DNA from: Eledone cirrhosa
Lineage: Eukaryota
Direction: 5' to 3'
NCBI GenBank assembly: GCA_964016885.1
Contig: OZ024757.1
Span: forward strand, 2,790,001-2,854,000
DNA: 64,000 bases
Shown here: piece by piece, positions 33,401 to 48,400 of the stretch
How positions within the stretch are numbered: position 1 is the first letter of the stretch
Layout of the letters: each line of letters opens with the position of its first letter
The notes under the pieces: model-generated
What the model was told of the DNA's origin: nothing
What the model saw: the letters and a program-made list of their open reading frames with translations, nothing else
Database searches by the model: none
Position numbers and translations under genes: made by a program

Positions 33401-36400
33401 CTGTGATCTCTCAATTCAGAGATTCTTTCCTGAGACATTCAAACCACATGTCTATAGTATCAGAGCTGTGATCTCTCAATTCAGAGATTCTTTGCTGAGG
33501 CATTCTAACCACATGTCTAAAGTATCACAGCTGTGATCTCTCAATTCGGAGATTCTTTCCTGAAACATTCAAACCACATGTCTGTAGTATCAGAGGTGTG
33601 ATCTCTCAATTCAAAGATTCTTTCCTGAGACATTCTAACTACATGTCTGTAGTATCAGAGCTGTAATCTCTCAATTCATAGATTCTTTCCAGAGACATTC
33701 TAACCACATGACCATAGTATCAGAGCTGTGCTCTCTCAATTCAGAGATTCTTTCCTGAGACATTCTAAACACATGTCTGTAGTATCAGAGCTGTGATCTC
33801 TCAATTCAGAAATTCTATCCTGAGATATTCTAACCACATATCGGTAGTATCAGAGCTGTGATCTCTCAATGCAGAGATTCTTTCCTGAGACATTCTAACC
33901 ACATGTCTATAGTATCAGAACTGTTTTCTCTCAATTCAGAGATTCTTTCCTGAGACATGCTAACCACATGTCTAAAGTATCAGAGCTGTGATCTCTCAAT
34001 TCAGAGATTCTTTCCTGAGACATTCAAATCACATGTCTGTAGTATCAGAGGTGTGATCTCTCAATTCAAAGATTATTTCCAGAGACATTCTAACTACATG
34101 TCTGTAGTATCAGAGCTGTGATCTCTCAATTCAGAGATTCTTTCCAGAGACATTCTAACCAAATGTCTATAGTATCAGAGATGTGATCTCCCCATTCAGA
34201 GATTCTTTCCTGAGACATTCTAACCACATGTCTATAGTGTCAGAGCTGTGATCTCTCAATTCAGAGATTCTTTCATGAGACATTCTAATCACATGGCTGT
34301 AGTATCGGAGCTGTGATCTCTCAATTCAGAGACTCTTTCCTGAGGCATTCTAACCACATGTCTGTAGTATCAGAGCTGTGATCTCTCAATTCAGAGATTC
34401 TTTCCTGAGACATTCTAGCCACATGTCTATAGTATCAGAGCTGTGATCTCTCAATTCAGAGATTCTTTCCTGAGACATTCTAACCACATGGCTGTAGTAT
34501 CAGAGCTGTGATCTCTCAATTCAAAGATTCTTTCCTGAGATAATTCTAACCATATATCTATAGTATCAGAGCTGTGATCTCTCAATTCAAAGATTCTTTC
34601 CAGAGATATTCTTACCACATGTCTGTAGTATCAGAGCTGTGATCTCTCAATTCAGAGATTCTTTCCTGAGACATTCTAACCACATGTCTGTAGTATCAGA
34701 GCTGTGATCTCTCAATTCAGAGATTCTTTCCTGAGACATTCTAGCCACATGTCTATAGTATCAGATCTGTGATCTCTCAATTCAGAGATTCTTTCCTGAG
34801 TGATTCTAACCACATGTCAGTAGTATCAGAGGTGTGATCTCTCAATTCAGAGATTCTTTCCTGAGACATTCTAACCAGATGTCTGTAGTATCAGAGCTGT
34901 GATCTCTCAATTCAGAGATCATTTCCTGAAACATTCTAACTACATGTCTGTAGTATCAGAGCTGTGATCCCTCAATTTAGAGTTTCTTTCCTGAGACATT
35001 CTAAGCACATGTCTATAGTATCAGAGCTGTGATCTCTCAATTCAGAAATTCTTTCCTGAGATATTCTAACCACATATCGGTAGTATCAGAGCTGTGATCT
35101 CTCAATGCAGAGATTCTTTCCTGAGACATTCTAACAACATGTCTATAGTATCAGACCTGTTTTCTCTCAATTCAGAGATTCTTTCCTGAGACATTCTAAC
35201 CACATGTCTAAAGTATCAGAGCTGTGATCTCTCAATTCAGAGATTCTTTCCTGAGACATTCAAACCACATGTCTGTAGTATCAGAGGTGTGATCTCTCAA
35301 TTCAAAGATTCTTTCCTGAGACATTCTAACTACATGTCTGTAGTATCAGAGCTGTGATATCTCAATTCAGAGATTCTTTCCTGACACATTCTAACCACAT
35401 GGCTGTAGTATCAGAGCTGTGATCTCTCAATTCAAAGATTCTTTCCTGATATAATTCTAAACACATATCTATAGTATCAGAGCTGTGATCTCTCAATTCA
35501 AAGATTCTTTCCAGAGATATTCTTACCACATGTTTGTAGTATCAGAGCTGTGATCTCTCAATTCAGAGATTCTTTCCTGAGACATTCTAACCAGATGTCT
35601 ATAGTTTCAGAGCTTTGATATCTCAATTCAGAGATTCTTTCCTGAGACATTCTAACCACATGTCTATCGTATCAGAGCTGTGATCTCTCAATTCAGAGAT
35701 TCTTTCCTGAGACATTCTAACCACATGGCTGTAGTATCAGAGCTGTGATCTCTCAATTCAAAGATTCTTTCCTGAGATAATTCTAACCACATATCTATAG
35801 TATCAGAGCTGTGACCTCTCAATTCAAAGATTCTTTCCAGAGATATTCTTACCACATGTCTGTAGTATCAGAACTGTGATCTCTCAATTCAGAGATTCTT
35901 TCCTGAGACATTCTAACCACATGTCTGTAGTATCAGAGCTGTGATCTCTCAATTCAGAGATTCTTTCCTGAGACATTCTAGCCACATGTCTATAGTATCA
36001 GAGCTGTGATCTCTCAATTCAGAGATTCTTTCCTGAGTGATTCTAACCACATGTCAGTAGTATCAGAGGTGTGATCTCTCAATTCAGAGATTCTTTCCTG
36101 AGACATTCTAACCAGATGTCTGTAGTATCAGAGCTGTGATCTCTCAATTCAGAGATTCTTTCCTGAGACATTCTAAACACATGACAATAGTAACAGAGCT
36201 GTGATCTCTCAATTCAGAGATTCCTTCCAGAGACACACTAACCACATGTCTGTATTATCAGAGCTGTGATCTCTCAATTCAGAGTTTCTTTCCTGAGACA
36301 TTCTAAGCACATGTCTATAGTATCAGAGCTGTGATCTCTCAATTCAGAGATTATTTCCTGAGACATTCTAACTACATGTCTGTAGTATCAGAGCTGTGAT

Positions 36401-39400
36401 CTCTCAATTTAGAGATTCTTTTCTGAGACATTCTAACCACATATCTGTAGCATCAGAGCTGTGAACTCTCAATTCAGAGTTTCTTTCGTGAGACATTCTA
36501 AGCACATGTCTATAGTATCAGAGCTGTGATCTCTCAATTCAGAAATTCTTTCCTGAGACATTCTAACCACATATCGGTAGTATCAGAGCTGTGATCTCTC
36601 AATGCAGAGACTCTTTCCTGACACATTCTAACCACATGGCTGTAGTATCAGAGCTGTGATCTCTCAATTCAAAGATTCATTCCTGAGATAATTCTAACCC
36701 CATATCTATAGTATCAGAGCTGTGATCTCTCAATTTAGAAATTCTTTCCTGAGACATTCTAACCACATATCGGTAGTATCAGAGCTGTGATCTCTCAATG
36801 CAGAGATTCTTTCCTGACACATTCTAACCACATGTCTATAGTATCAGAGCTGTGATCTCTCAAATCAGAGATTCTTTCCTGAGGCATTCTAACCACATGT
36901 CTAAAGTATCAGAGCTGTGATCTCTCAATTCAGAGATTCTTTCCTGAGACATTCAAACCACATGTCTATAGTATCAGAGCTGTGATCTCTCAATTCAGAG
37001 ATTCTTTCCTGAGGCATTCTAACCACATGTCTAAAGTATCACAGCTGTGATCTCTCAATTCAGAGATTCTTTCCTGAAACATTCAAACCACATGTCTGTA
37101 GTATCAGAGGTGTGATCTCTCAATTGAAAGATTCTTTCCTGAGACATTCTAACTACACATCTGTAGTATCAGAGCTGTAATCTCTCAATTCATAGATTCT
37201 TTCCAGAGACATTCTAACCCCATGACCATAGTATCAGAGCTGTGATCTCTCAATTCAGAGATTCTTTCCAGAGACATTCTAACCACATGTCTATAGTATC
37301 AGCGCTGTGATCTCTCCATTCAGAGATTCTTTCCTGAGACATTCTAACCACATGTCTGTAGTATCAGAGCTGTGATCTCTCAATTCAGAGATTCTTTCCT
37401 GAGACATTCTAACCACATGGCTGTAGTATCAGAGCTGTGATCTCTCAATTCAAAGATTCTTTCCTGAGATAATTCTAACCACATATCTATAGTATCAGAG
37501 CTGTGATCTCTCAATTCAAAGATTCTTTCCAGAGATATTCTTACCACATGTCAGTAGTATCAGAGCTGTGATCTCTCAATTCAGAGATTCTTTCCTGAGA
37601 CATTCTAACCACATGTCTGTAGTATCAGAGCTGTGATCTCTCAATTCAGAGATTCTTTCCTGAGACATTCTAGCCACATGTCTATAGTATCAGAGCTGTG
37701 ATCTCTCAATTCAGAGATTCTTTCCTGAGTGATTCTAACCACATGTCAGTAGTATCAGAGGTGTGATCTCTCAATTCAGAGATTCTTTCCTGAGACATTC
37801 TAACCAGATGTCTGTAGTATCAGAGCTGTGATCTCTCAATTCAGAGATTCTTTCATGAGACATTCTAAACACATGACAATAGTAACAGAGCTGTGATCTT
37901 TCAATTCAGAGATTCCTTCCAGAGACACACTAACCACATGTTTGTAGTATCAGAGCTGTGATCTCTCAATTCAGAGTTTCTTTGCTGAGACATTCTAAGC
38001 ACATGTCTATAGTATCAGAGCTGAGATCTCTCAATTCAGAGATTATTTCCTGAGACATTCTAACTACATGTCTGTAGTATCAGAGCTGTGATCTCTCAAT
38101 TTAGAGATTCTTTTCTGAGACATTCTAACCACATATCTGTAGTATCAGAGCTGTGAACTCTCAATTCAGAGTTTCTTTCCTGAGACATTCTAGTCACATG
38201 TCTATAGTATCAGAGCTGTGATCTCTCAATTCAGAGATTATTTCCTGAGATATTCTAACTACATGTCTGTAGTATCTGAGCTGTGATCTCTCAATTTAGA
38301 GATTCTTTCCTGAGACATTCTAACAACATATCTGTAGTATCGGAGCTGTGATCTCTCAATTCAGAGTTTCCTTCCTGAGACATTCTAAGCACATGTCTAT
38401 AGCATCAGAGCTGTGATCTCTAAATTCAAAAATTCTATCCTGAGATATTCTAACCACATATCGGTAGTATCAGAGCTGTGATCTCTCAATTCAGAGATTC
38501 TTTCCTGAGACATTCAAACCACATGTCTGTAGTATCAGAGGTGTGATCTCTCAATTCAAAGATTATTTCCTGAGACATTCTAACCTAATGACAATAGTAT
38601 CAGAGCTGTGATCTCTCAATTCAGAGATTCTTTCCAGAGACATTCTAACCACATGACCATAGTATCAGAGCTGTGATCTCTCAATTCAGAGATTCTTTCC
38701 AGAGACATTCTAACCCAATGTCTATAGTATCAGAGATGTGATCTCCCCATTCAGAGATTCTTTCCTGAGACATTCTAACCACATGTCTGTAGTATCAGAG
38801 CTGTGATCTCTCAATTCAGAGATTCTTTGCTGAGACATTCTAACCACATATCTATAGTGTCAGAGCTGTGATCTCTCAATTCAGAGATTCTTTCCTGAGA
38901 CATTCTAATCACATGGCTGTAGTATCAGAGCTGTGATCTCTCAATTCAGAGACTCTTTCCTGAGGCATTCTAACCACATGTCTAAAGTGTCAGAGCTGTG
39001 ATCTCTCAATTCAGAGATTCTTTCCTGAGACATTCAAACCACATGTCTGTAGTATCAGAGCTGTGATCTCTCAATTCAAAGATTCTTTCCTGAGATAATT
39101 CTAACCACATATCTATAGTATCAGAGCTGTGATCTCTCAATTCAAAGACTCTTTCCAGAGATATTCTTACCACATGTCTGTAGTATCAGAGCTGTGATCT
39201 CTCAATTCAGAGATTCTTTCCTGAGACATTCTAACCACATGTCTGTAGTATCAGAGCTGTGATCTCTCAATTCAGAGATTCTTTCCTGAGACATTCTAGC
39301 CACATGTCTATAGTATCAGAACTGTGATCCCTCAATTCAGAGATTCTTTCCTGAGTGATTCTAACCACATGTCAGTAGTATCAGAACTGTGATCTCTCAA

Positions 39401-42400
39401 TTCAGAGATTCTTTCCTGAAACATTCTAACTACATGTCTGTAGTATCAGAGCTGTGATCCCTCAATTTAGAGATTCTTTCCTGAGACATTCTAACCACAT
39501 ATCTGTAGTATCAGAGCTGTGATCTCTCAATTCAGAGTTTCTTTCCTGAGACATTCTAAGCACATGGCTGTAGTATCAGTGCTGTGATCTCTCAATTCAG
39601 AAATTCTTTCCTGAAATATTCTAACCACATATCGGTAGTATCAGAGCTGTGATCTCTCAATGCAGAGATTCTTTCCTGAGACATTCTAACCACATGTCTA
39701 AAGTATCAGAGCTGTGATCTCTCAATTCAGAGATTCTTTCCTGAGACATTCAAACCACATGTCTGTAGTATCAGAGGTGTGATCTCTCAATTCAAAGATT
39801 CTTTCCTGAGACATTCTAACTACATGTCTGTAGTATCAGAGCTGTGATCTGTCAATTCAGAGATTCTTTCCAGAGACATTCTAACCACATGACCATAGTA
39901 TCAGAGCTGTGATCTCTCAATTCAGAGATTCTTTCCAGAGACATTCTAACCACATGTCTACAGTATCAGAGATGTGATATCTCAATTCAGAGATTCTTTC
40001 CTGACACATTCTAACCACACGTCTATACTATCAGAGCTGTGATCTCTCAATTCAAAGATTCTTTCCTGATATAATTCTAACCACATATCTATAGTATCAG
40101 AGCTGTGATCTCTCAATTCAAAGATTCTTTCGAGAGATATTCTTACCACATGTTTGTAGTATCAGAGCTGTGATCTCTCAATTCAGAGATTCTTTCATGA
40201 GACATTCTAACCACATGTCTGTAGTATCAGAGCTGTGATCTCTCAATTCAGAGATTCTTTCCAGAGACATTCTAGCCACATGTCTAAAGTATCAGAGCTG
40301 TGATCTCTCAATTCAGAGATTCTTTCCTGAGTGATTCTAACCACATGTCAGTAGTATCAGAGGTGTGATCTCTCAATTCAGAGATTCTTTCCTGAGACAT
40401 TCTAACCACATGTCTACAGTATCAGAGAAGTGATCTCTCCATTCAGAGATTCTTTCGTGAGACATTCTAACCACATTTCTGTAGTATCTGAGCTGTGATC
40501 TCTCAATTAAGAGATTCTTTCCTGAGACATTCTAACCACATGGCTGTAGTATCAGAGCTGTGATCTCTCAATTCAAAGATTCTTTCCTAATATAATTCTA
40601 ACCACATATCTATAGTATCAGAGCTGTGATCTCTCAATTCAAAGATTCTTTCGAGAGATATTCTTACCACATGTTTGTAGTATCAGAGCTGTGATCTCTC
40701 AATTCAGAGATTCTTTCCTGAGACATTCTAACCACATGTCTGTAGTATCAGAGCTGTGATCTCTCAATTCAGGGATTCTTTCCAGAGACATTCAAGCCAC
40801 ATGTCTATAGTATCAGAGCTGTGATCTCTCAATTCAGAGATTCTTTCCTGAGTGATTCTATCCACATGTCTGTAGTATCAGAGGTGTGATTTCTCAATTC
40901 AGAGATTCTTTCCTGAGACATTCTAACCAGATGGCTATAGTTTCAGAGCTTTGATCTCTCAATTCAGAGATTCTTTCCTGAGACATTCTAACCACATGTC
41001 TATAGCATCAGAACTGTGATCTCTCAATTCAGAGATTCTTTCCTGAGACATTCTAACCACATGGATGTAGTATCAGAGCTGTGATCTCTCAATTCAAAGA
41101 TTCATTCCTGAGATAATTCTAACCCCATATCTATAGTATCAGAGCTGTGATCTCTCAATTCAGAAATTCTTTCCTGAGACATTCAAACCACATGTCTGTA
41201 GTATCAGAGGTGTGATCTCTCAATTCAAAGATTCTTTCCTGAGACATTCTAACTACATGTCTGTAGTATCAGAGCTGTAATCTCTCAATTCATAGATTCC
41301 TTGCAGAGACATTCTAACCCCATGACCATAGTATCAGAGCTGTGATCTCTCAATTCAGAGGTTCTTTCCAGAGACGTTCTAACCACATGTCTATAGTATC
41401 AGAGCTGTGATCTCTCCATTGAGAGATTCTTTCCTGAGACATTCTAACCACATGGCTGTAGTATCAGAGCTGTGATCTCTCAATTCAAAGATTCTTTCCT
41501 GAGATAATTCTAACCACATATCTATAGTATCAGAGCTGTGATCTCTCAATTCAAAGACTCTTTCCAGAGATATTCTTACCACATGTCTGTAGTATCAGAG
41601 CTGTGATCTCTCAATTCAGAGATTCTTTCCTGAGACATTCTAACCACATGTCTGTAGTATCAGAGCTGTGATCTCTCAATTCAGAGATTCTTTCCTGAGA
41701 CATTCTAGCCACATGTCTATAGTATCAGAACTGTGATCTCTCAATTCAGAGATTCTTTCCTGAGACATTCTAACCACATGTCTGTAGTATCAGAGCTGTG
41801 ATCTCTCAATGCAGAGATTCTTTCCTGAGACATTCTAACCACATGTCTATAGTATCAGAACTGTTTTCTCTCAATTCAGAGATTCTTTCCTGAGACATGC
41901 TAACCACATGTCTAAAGTATCACAGCTGTGATCTCTCAATTCAGAGATTCTTTCCTGAAACATTCAAACCACATGTCTGTAGTATCAGAGATGTGATCTC
42001 TCAATTCAAAGATTATTTCCAGAGACATTCTAACTACATGTCTGTAGTATCAGAGCTGTGATCTCTCAATTCAGAGATTCTTTCCAGAGACATTCTAACC
42101 AAATGTCTATAGTATCAGAGATGTGATCTCCCCATTCAGAGATTCTTTCCTGAGACATTCTAACCACATGTCTATAGTGTCAGAGCTGTGATCTCTCAAT
42201 TCAGAGATTCTTTCATGAGACATTCTAATCACATGGCTGTAGTATCGGAGCTGTGATCTCTCAATTCAGAGACTCTTTCCTGAGGCATTCTAACCACATG
42301 TCTGTAGTATCAGAGCTGTGATCTCTCAATTCAGAGATTCTTTCCTGAGACATTCTAGCCACATGTCTATAGTATCAGAGCTGTGATCTCTCAATTCAGA

Positions 42401-45400
42401 GATTCTTTCCTGAGACATTCTAACCACATGGCTGTAGTATCAGAGCTGTGATCTCTCAATTCAAAGATTCTTTCCTGAGATAATTCTAACCATATATCTA
42501 TAGTATCAGAGCTGTGATCTCTCAATTCAAAGATTCTTTCCAGAGATATTCTTACCACATGTCTGTAGTATCAGAGCTGTGATCTCTCAATTCAGAGATT
42601 CTTTCCTGAGACATTCTAACCACATGTCTGTAGTATCAGAGCTGTGATCTCTCAATTCAGAGATTCTTTCCTGAGACATTCTAGCCACATGTCTATAGTA
42701 TCAGATCTGTGATCTCTCAATTCAGAGATTCTTTCCTGAGTGATTCTAACCACATGTCAGTAGTATCAGAGGTGTGATCTCTCAATTCAGAGATTCTTTC
42801 CTGAGACATTCTAACCAGATGTCTGTAGTATCAGAGCTGTGATCTCTCAATTCAGAGATCATTTCCTGAAACATTCTAACTACATGTCTGTAGTATCAGA
42901 GCTGTGATCCCTCAATTTAGAGTTTCTTTCCTGAGACATTCTAAGCACATGTCTATAGTATCAGAGCTGTGATCTCTCAATTCAGAAATTCTTTCCTGAG
43001 ATATTCTAACCACATATCGGTAGTATCAGAGCTGTGATCTCTCAATGCAGAGATTCTTTCCTGAGACATTCTAACAACATGTCTATAGTATCAGACCTGT
43101 TTTCTCTCAATTCAGAGATTCTTTCCTGAGACATTCTAACCACATGTCTAAAGTATCAGAGCTGTGATCTCTCAATTCAGAGATTCTTTCCTGAGACATT
43201 CAAACCACATGTCTGTAGTATCAGAGGTGTGATCTCTCAATTCAAAGATTCTTTCCTGAGACATTCTAACTACATGTCTGTAGTATCAGAGCTGTGATAT
43301 CTCAATTCAGAGATTCTTTCCTGACACATTCTAACCACATGGCTGTAGTATCAGAGCTGTGATCTCTCAATTCAAAGATTCTTTCCTGATATAATTCTAA
43401 ACACATATCTATAGTATCAGAGCTGTGATCTCTCAATTCAAAGATTCTTTCCAGAGATATTCTTACCACATGTTTGTAGTATCAGAGCTGTGATCTCTCA
43501 ATTCAGAGATTCTTTCCTGAGACATTCTAACCAGATGTCTATAGTTTCAGAGCTTTGATATCTCAATTCAGAGATTCTTTCCTGAGACATTCTAACCACA
43601 TGTCTATCGTATCAGAGCTGTGATCTCTCAATTCAGAGATTCTTTCCTGAGACATTCTAACCACATGGCTGTAGTATCAGAGCTGTGATCTCTCAATTCA
43701 AAGATTCTTTCCTGAGATAATTCTAACCACATATCTATAGTATCAGAGCTGTGACCTCTCAATTCAAAGATTCTTTCCAGAGATATTCTTACCACATGTC
43801 TGTAGTATCAGAACTGTGATCTCTCAATTCAGAGATTCTTTCCTGAGACATTCTAACCACATGTCTGTAGTATCAGAGCTGTGATCTCTCAATTCAGAGA
43901 TTCTTTCCTGAGACATTCTAGCCACATGTCTATAGTATCAGAGCTGTGATCTCTCAATTCAGAGATTCTTTCCTGAGTGATTCTAACCACATGTCAGTAG
44001 TATCAGAGGTGTGATCTCTCAATTCAGAGATTCTTTCCTGAGACATTCTAACCAGATGTCTGTAGTATCAGAGCTGTGATCTCTCAATTCAGAGATTCTT
44101 TCCTGAGACATTCTAAACACATGACAATAGTAACAGAGCTGTGATCTCTCAATTCAGAGATTCCTTCCAGAGACACACTAACCACATGTCTGTATTATCA
44201 GAGCTGTGATCTCTCAATTCAGAGTTTCTTTCCTGAGACATTCTAAGCACATGTCTATAGTATCAGAGCTGTGATCTCTCAATTCAGAGATTATTTCCTG
44301 AGACATTCTAACTACATGTCTGTAGTATCAGAGCTGTGATCTCTCAATTTAGAGATTCTTTTCTGAGACATTCTAACCACATATCTGTAGCATCAGAGCT
44401 GTGAACTCTCAATTCAGAGTTTCTTTCGTGAGACATTCTAAGCACATGTCTATAGTATCAGAGCTGTGATCTCTCAATTCAGAAATTCTTTCCTGAGACA
44501 TTCTAACCACATATCGGTAGTATCAGAGCTGTGATCTCTCAATGCAGAGATTCTTTCCTGACACATTCTAACCACATGGCTGTAGTATCAGAGCTGTGAT
44601 CTCTCAATTCAAAGATTCATTCCTGAGATAATTCTAACCCCATATCTATAGTATCAGAGCTGTGATCTCTCAATTCAGAAATTCTTTCCTGAGACATTCT
44701 AACCACATATCGGTAGTATCAGAGCTGTGATCTCTCAATGCAGAGATTCTTTCCTGACACATTCTAACCACATGTCTATAGTATCAGAGCTGTGATCTCT
44801 CAAATCAGAGATTCTTTCCTGAGGCATTCTAACCACATGTCTAAAGTATCAGAGCTGTGATCTCTCAATTCAGAGATTCTTTCCTGAGACATTCAAACCA
44901 CATGTCTATAGTATCAGAGCTGTGATCTCTCAATTCAGAGATTCTTTCCTGAGGCATTCTAACCACATGTCTAAAGTATCACAGCTGTGATCTCTCAATT
45001 CAGAGATTCTTTCCTGAAACATTCAAACCACATGTCTGTAGTATCAGAGGTGTGATCTCTCAATTGAAAGATTCTTTCCTGAGACATTCTAACTACACAT
45101 CTGTAGTATCAGAGCTGTAATCTCTCAATTCATAGATTCTTTCCAGAGACATTCTAACCCCATGACCATAGTATCAGAGCTGTGATCTCTCAATTCAGAG
45201 ATTCTTTCCAGAGACATTCTAACCACATGTCTATAGTATCAGCGCTGTGATCTCTCCATTCAGAGATTCTTTCCTGAGACATTCTAACCACATGTCTGTA
45301 GTATCAGAGCTGTGATCTCTCAATTCAGAGATTCTTTCCTGAGACATTCTAACCACATGGCTGTAGTATCAGAGCTGTGATCTCTCAATTCAAAGATTCT

Positions 45401-48400
45401 TTCCTGAGATAATTCTAACCACATATCTATAGTATCAGAGCTGTGATCTCTCAATTCAAAGATTCTTTCCAGAGATATTCTTACCACATGTCAGTAGTAT
45501 CAGAGCTGTGATCTCTCAATTCAGAGATTCTTTCCTGAGACATTCTAACCACATGTCTGTAGTATCAGAGCTGTGATCTCTCAATTCAGAGATTCTTTCC
45601 TGAGACATTCTAGCCACATGTCTATAGTATCAGAGCTGTGATCTCTCAATTCAGAGATTCTTTCCTGAGTGATTCTAACCACATGTCAGTAGTATCAGAG
45701 GTGTGATCTCTCAATTCAGAGATTCTTTCCTGAGACATTCTAACCAGATGTCTGTAGTATCAGAGCTGTGATCTCTCAATTCAGAGATTCTTTCATGAGA
45801 CATTCTAAACACATGACAATAGTAACAGAGCTGTGATCTTTCAATTCAGAGATTCCTTCCAGAGACACACTAACCACATGTTTGTAGTATCAGAGCTGTG
45901 ATCTCTCAATTCAGAGTTTCTTTGCTGAGACATTCTAAGCACATGTCTATAGTATCAGAGCTGAGATCTCTCAATTCAGAGATTATTTCCTGAGACATTC
46001 TAACTACATGTCTGTAGTATCAGAGCTGTGATCTCTCAATTTAGAGATTCTTTTCTGAGACATTCTAACCACATATCTGTAGTATCAGAGCTGTGAACTC
46101 TCAATTCAGAGTTTCTTTCCTGAGACATTCTAGTCACATGTCTATAGTATCAGAGCTGTGATCTCTCAATTCAGAGATTATTTCCTGAGATATTCTAACT
46201 ACATGTCTGTAGTATCTGAGCTGTGATCTCTCAATTTAGAGATTCTTTCCTGAGACATTCTAACAACATATCTGTAGTATCGGAGCTGTGATCTCTCAAT
46301 TCAGAGTTTCCTTCCTGAGACATTCTAAGCACATGTCTATAGCATCAGAGCTGTGATCTCTAAATTCAAAAATTCTATCCTGAGATATTCTAACCACATA
46401 TCGGTAGTATCAGAGCTGTGATCTCTCAATTCAGAGATTCTTTCCTGAGACATTCAAACCACATGTCTGTAGTATCAGAGGTGTGATCTCTCAATTCAAA
46501 GATTATTTCCTGAGACATTCTAACCTAATGACAATAGTATCAGAGCTGTGATCTCTCAATTCAGAGATTCTTTCCAGAGACATTCTAACCACATGACCAT
46601 AGTATCAGAGCTGTGATCTCTCAATTCAGAGATTCTTTCCAGAGACATTCTAACCCAATGTCTATAGTATCAGAGATGTGATCTCCCCATTCAGAGATTC
46701 TTTCCTGAGACATTCTAACCACATGTCTGTAGTATCAGAGCTGTGATCTCTCAATTCAGAGATTCTTTGCTGAGACATTCTAACCACATATCTATAGTGT
46801 CAGAGCTGTGATCTCTCAATTCAGAGATTCTTTCCTGAGACATTCAAACCACATGTCTGTAGTATCAGAGGTGTGATCTCTCAATTCAAAGATTCTTTCC
46901 TGAGACATTCTAACTACATGTCTGTAGTATCAGAGCTGTAATCTCTCAATTCATAGATTCCTTGCAGAGACATTCTAACCCCATGACCATAGTATCAGAG
47001 CTGTGATCTCTCAATTCAGAGGTTCTTTCCAGAGACGTTCTAACCACATGTCTATAGTATCAGAGCTGTGATCTCTCCATTGAGAGATTCTTTCCTGAGA
47101 CATTCTAACCACATGGCTGTAGTATCAGAGCTGTGATCTCTCAATTCAAAGATTCTTTCCTGAGATAATTCTAACCACATATCTATAGTATCAGAGCTGT
47201 GATCTCTCAATTCAAAGACTCTTTCCAGAGATATTCTTACCACATGTCTGTAGTATCAGAGCTGTGATCTCTCAATTCAGAGATTCTTTCCTGAGACATT
47301 CTAACCACATGTCTGTAGTATCAGAGCTGTGATCTCTCAATTCAGAGATTCTTTCCTGAGACATTCTAGCCACATGTCTATAGTATCAGAACTGTGATCT
47401 CTCAATTCAGAGATTCTTTCCTGAGACATTCTAACCACATGTCTGTAGTATCAGAGCTGTGATCTCTCAATGCAGAGATTCTTTCCTGAGACATTCTAAC
47501 CACATGTCTATAGTATCAGAACTGTTTTCTCTCAATTCAGAGATTCTTTCCTGAGACATGCTAACCACATGTCTAAAGTATCAGAGCTGTGATCTCTCAA
47601 TTCAGAGATTCTTTCCTGAGACATTCAAATCACATGTCTGTAGTATCAGAGATGTGATCTCTCAATTCAAAGATTATTTCCAGAGACATTCTAACTACAT
47701 GTCTGTAGTATCAGAGCTGTGATCTCTCAATTCAGAGATTCTTTCCAGAGACATTCTAACCAAATGTCTATAGTATCAGAGATGTGATCTCCCCATTCAG
47801 AGATTCTTTCCTGAGACATTCTAACCACATGTCTATAGTGTCAGAGCTGTGATCTCTCAATTCAGAGATTCTTTCATGAGACATTCTAATCACATGGCTG
47901 TAGTATCGGAGCTGTGATCTCTCAATTCAGAGACTCTTTCCTGAGGCATTCTAACCACATGTCTGTAGTATCAGAGCTGTGATCTCTCAATTCAGAGATT
48001 CTTTCCTGAGACATTCTAGCCACATGTCTATAGTATCAGAGCTGTGATCTCTCAATTCAGAGATTCTTTCCTGAGACATTCTAACCACATGGCTGTAGTA
48101 TCAGAGCTGTGATCTCTCAATTCAAAGATTCTTTCCTGAGATAATTCTAACCATATATCTATAGTATCAGAGCTGTGATCTCTCAATTCAAAGATTCTTT
48201 CCAGAGATATTCTTACCACATGTCTGTAGTATCAGAGCTGTGATCTCTCAATTCAGAGATTCTTTCCTGAGACATTCTAACCACATGTCTGTAGTATCAG
48301 AGCTGTGATCTCTCAATTCAGAGATTCTTTCCTGAGACATTCTAGCCACATGTCTATAGTATCAGATCTGTGATCTCTCAATTCAGAGATTCTTTCCTGA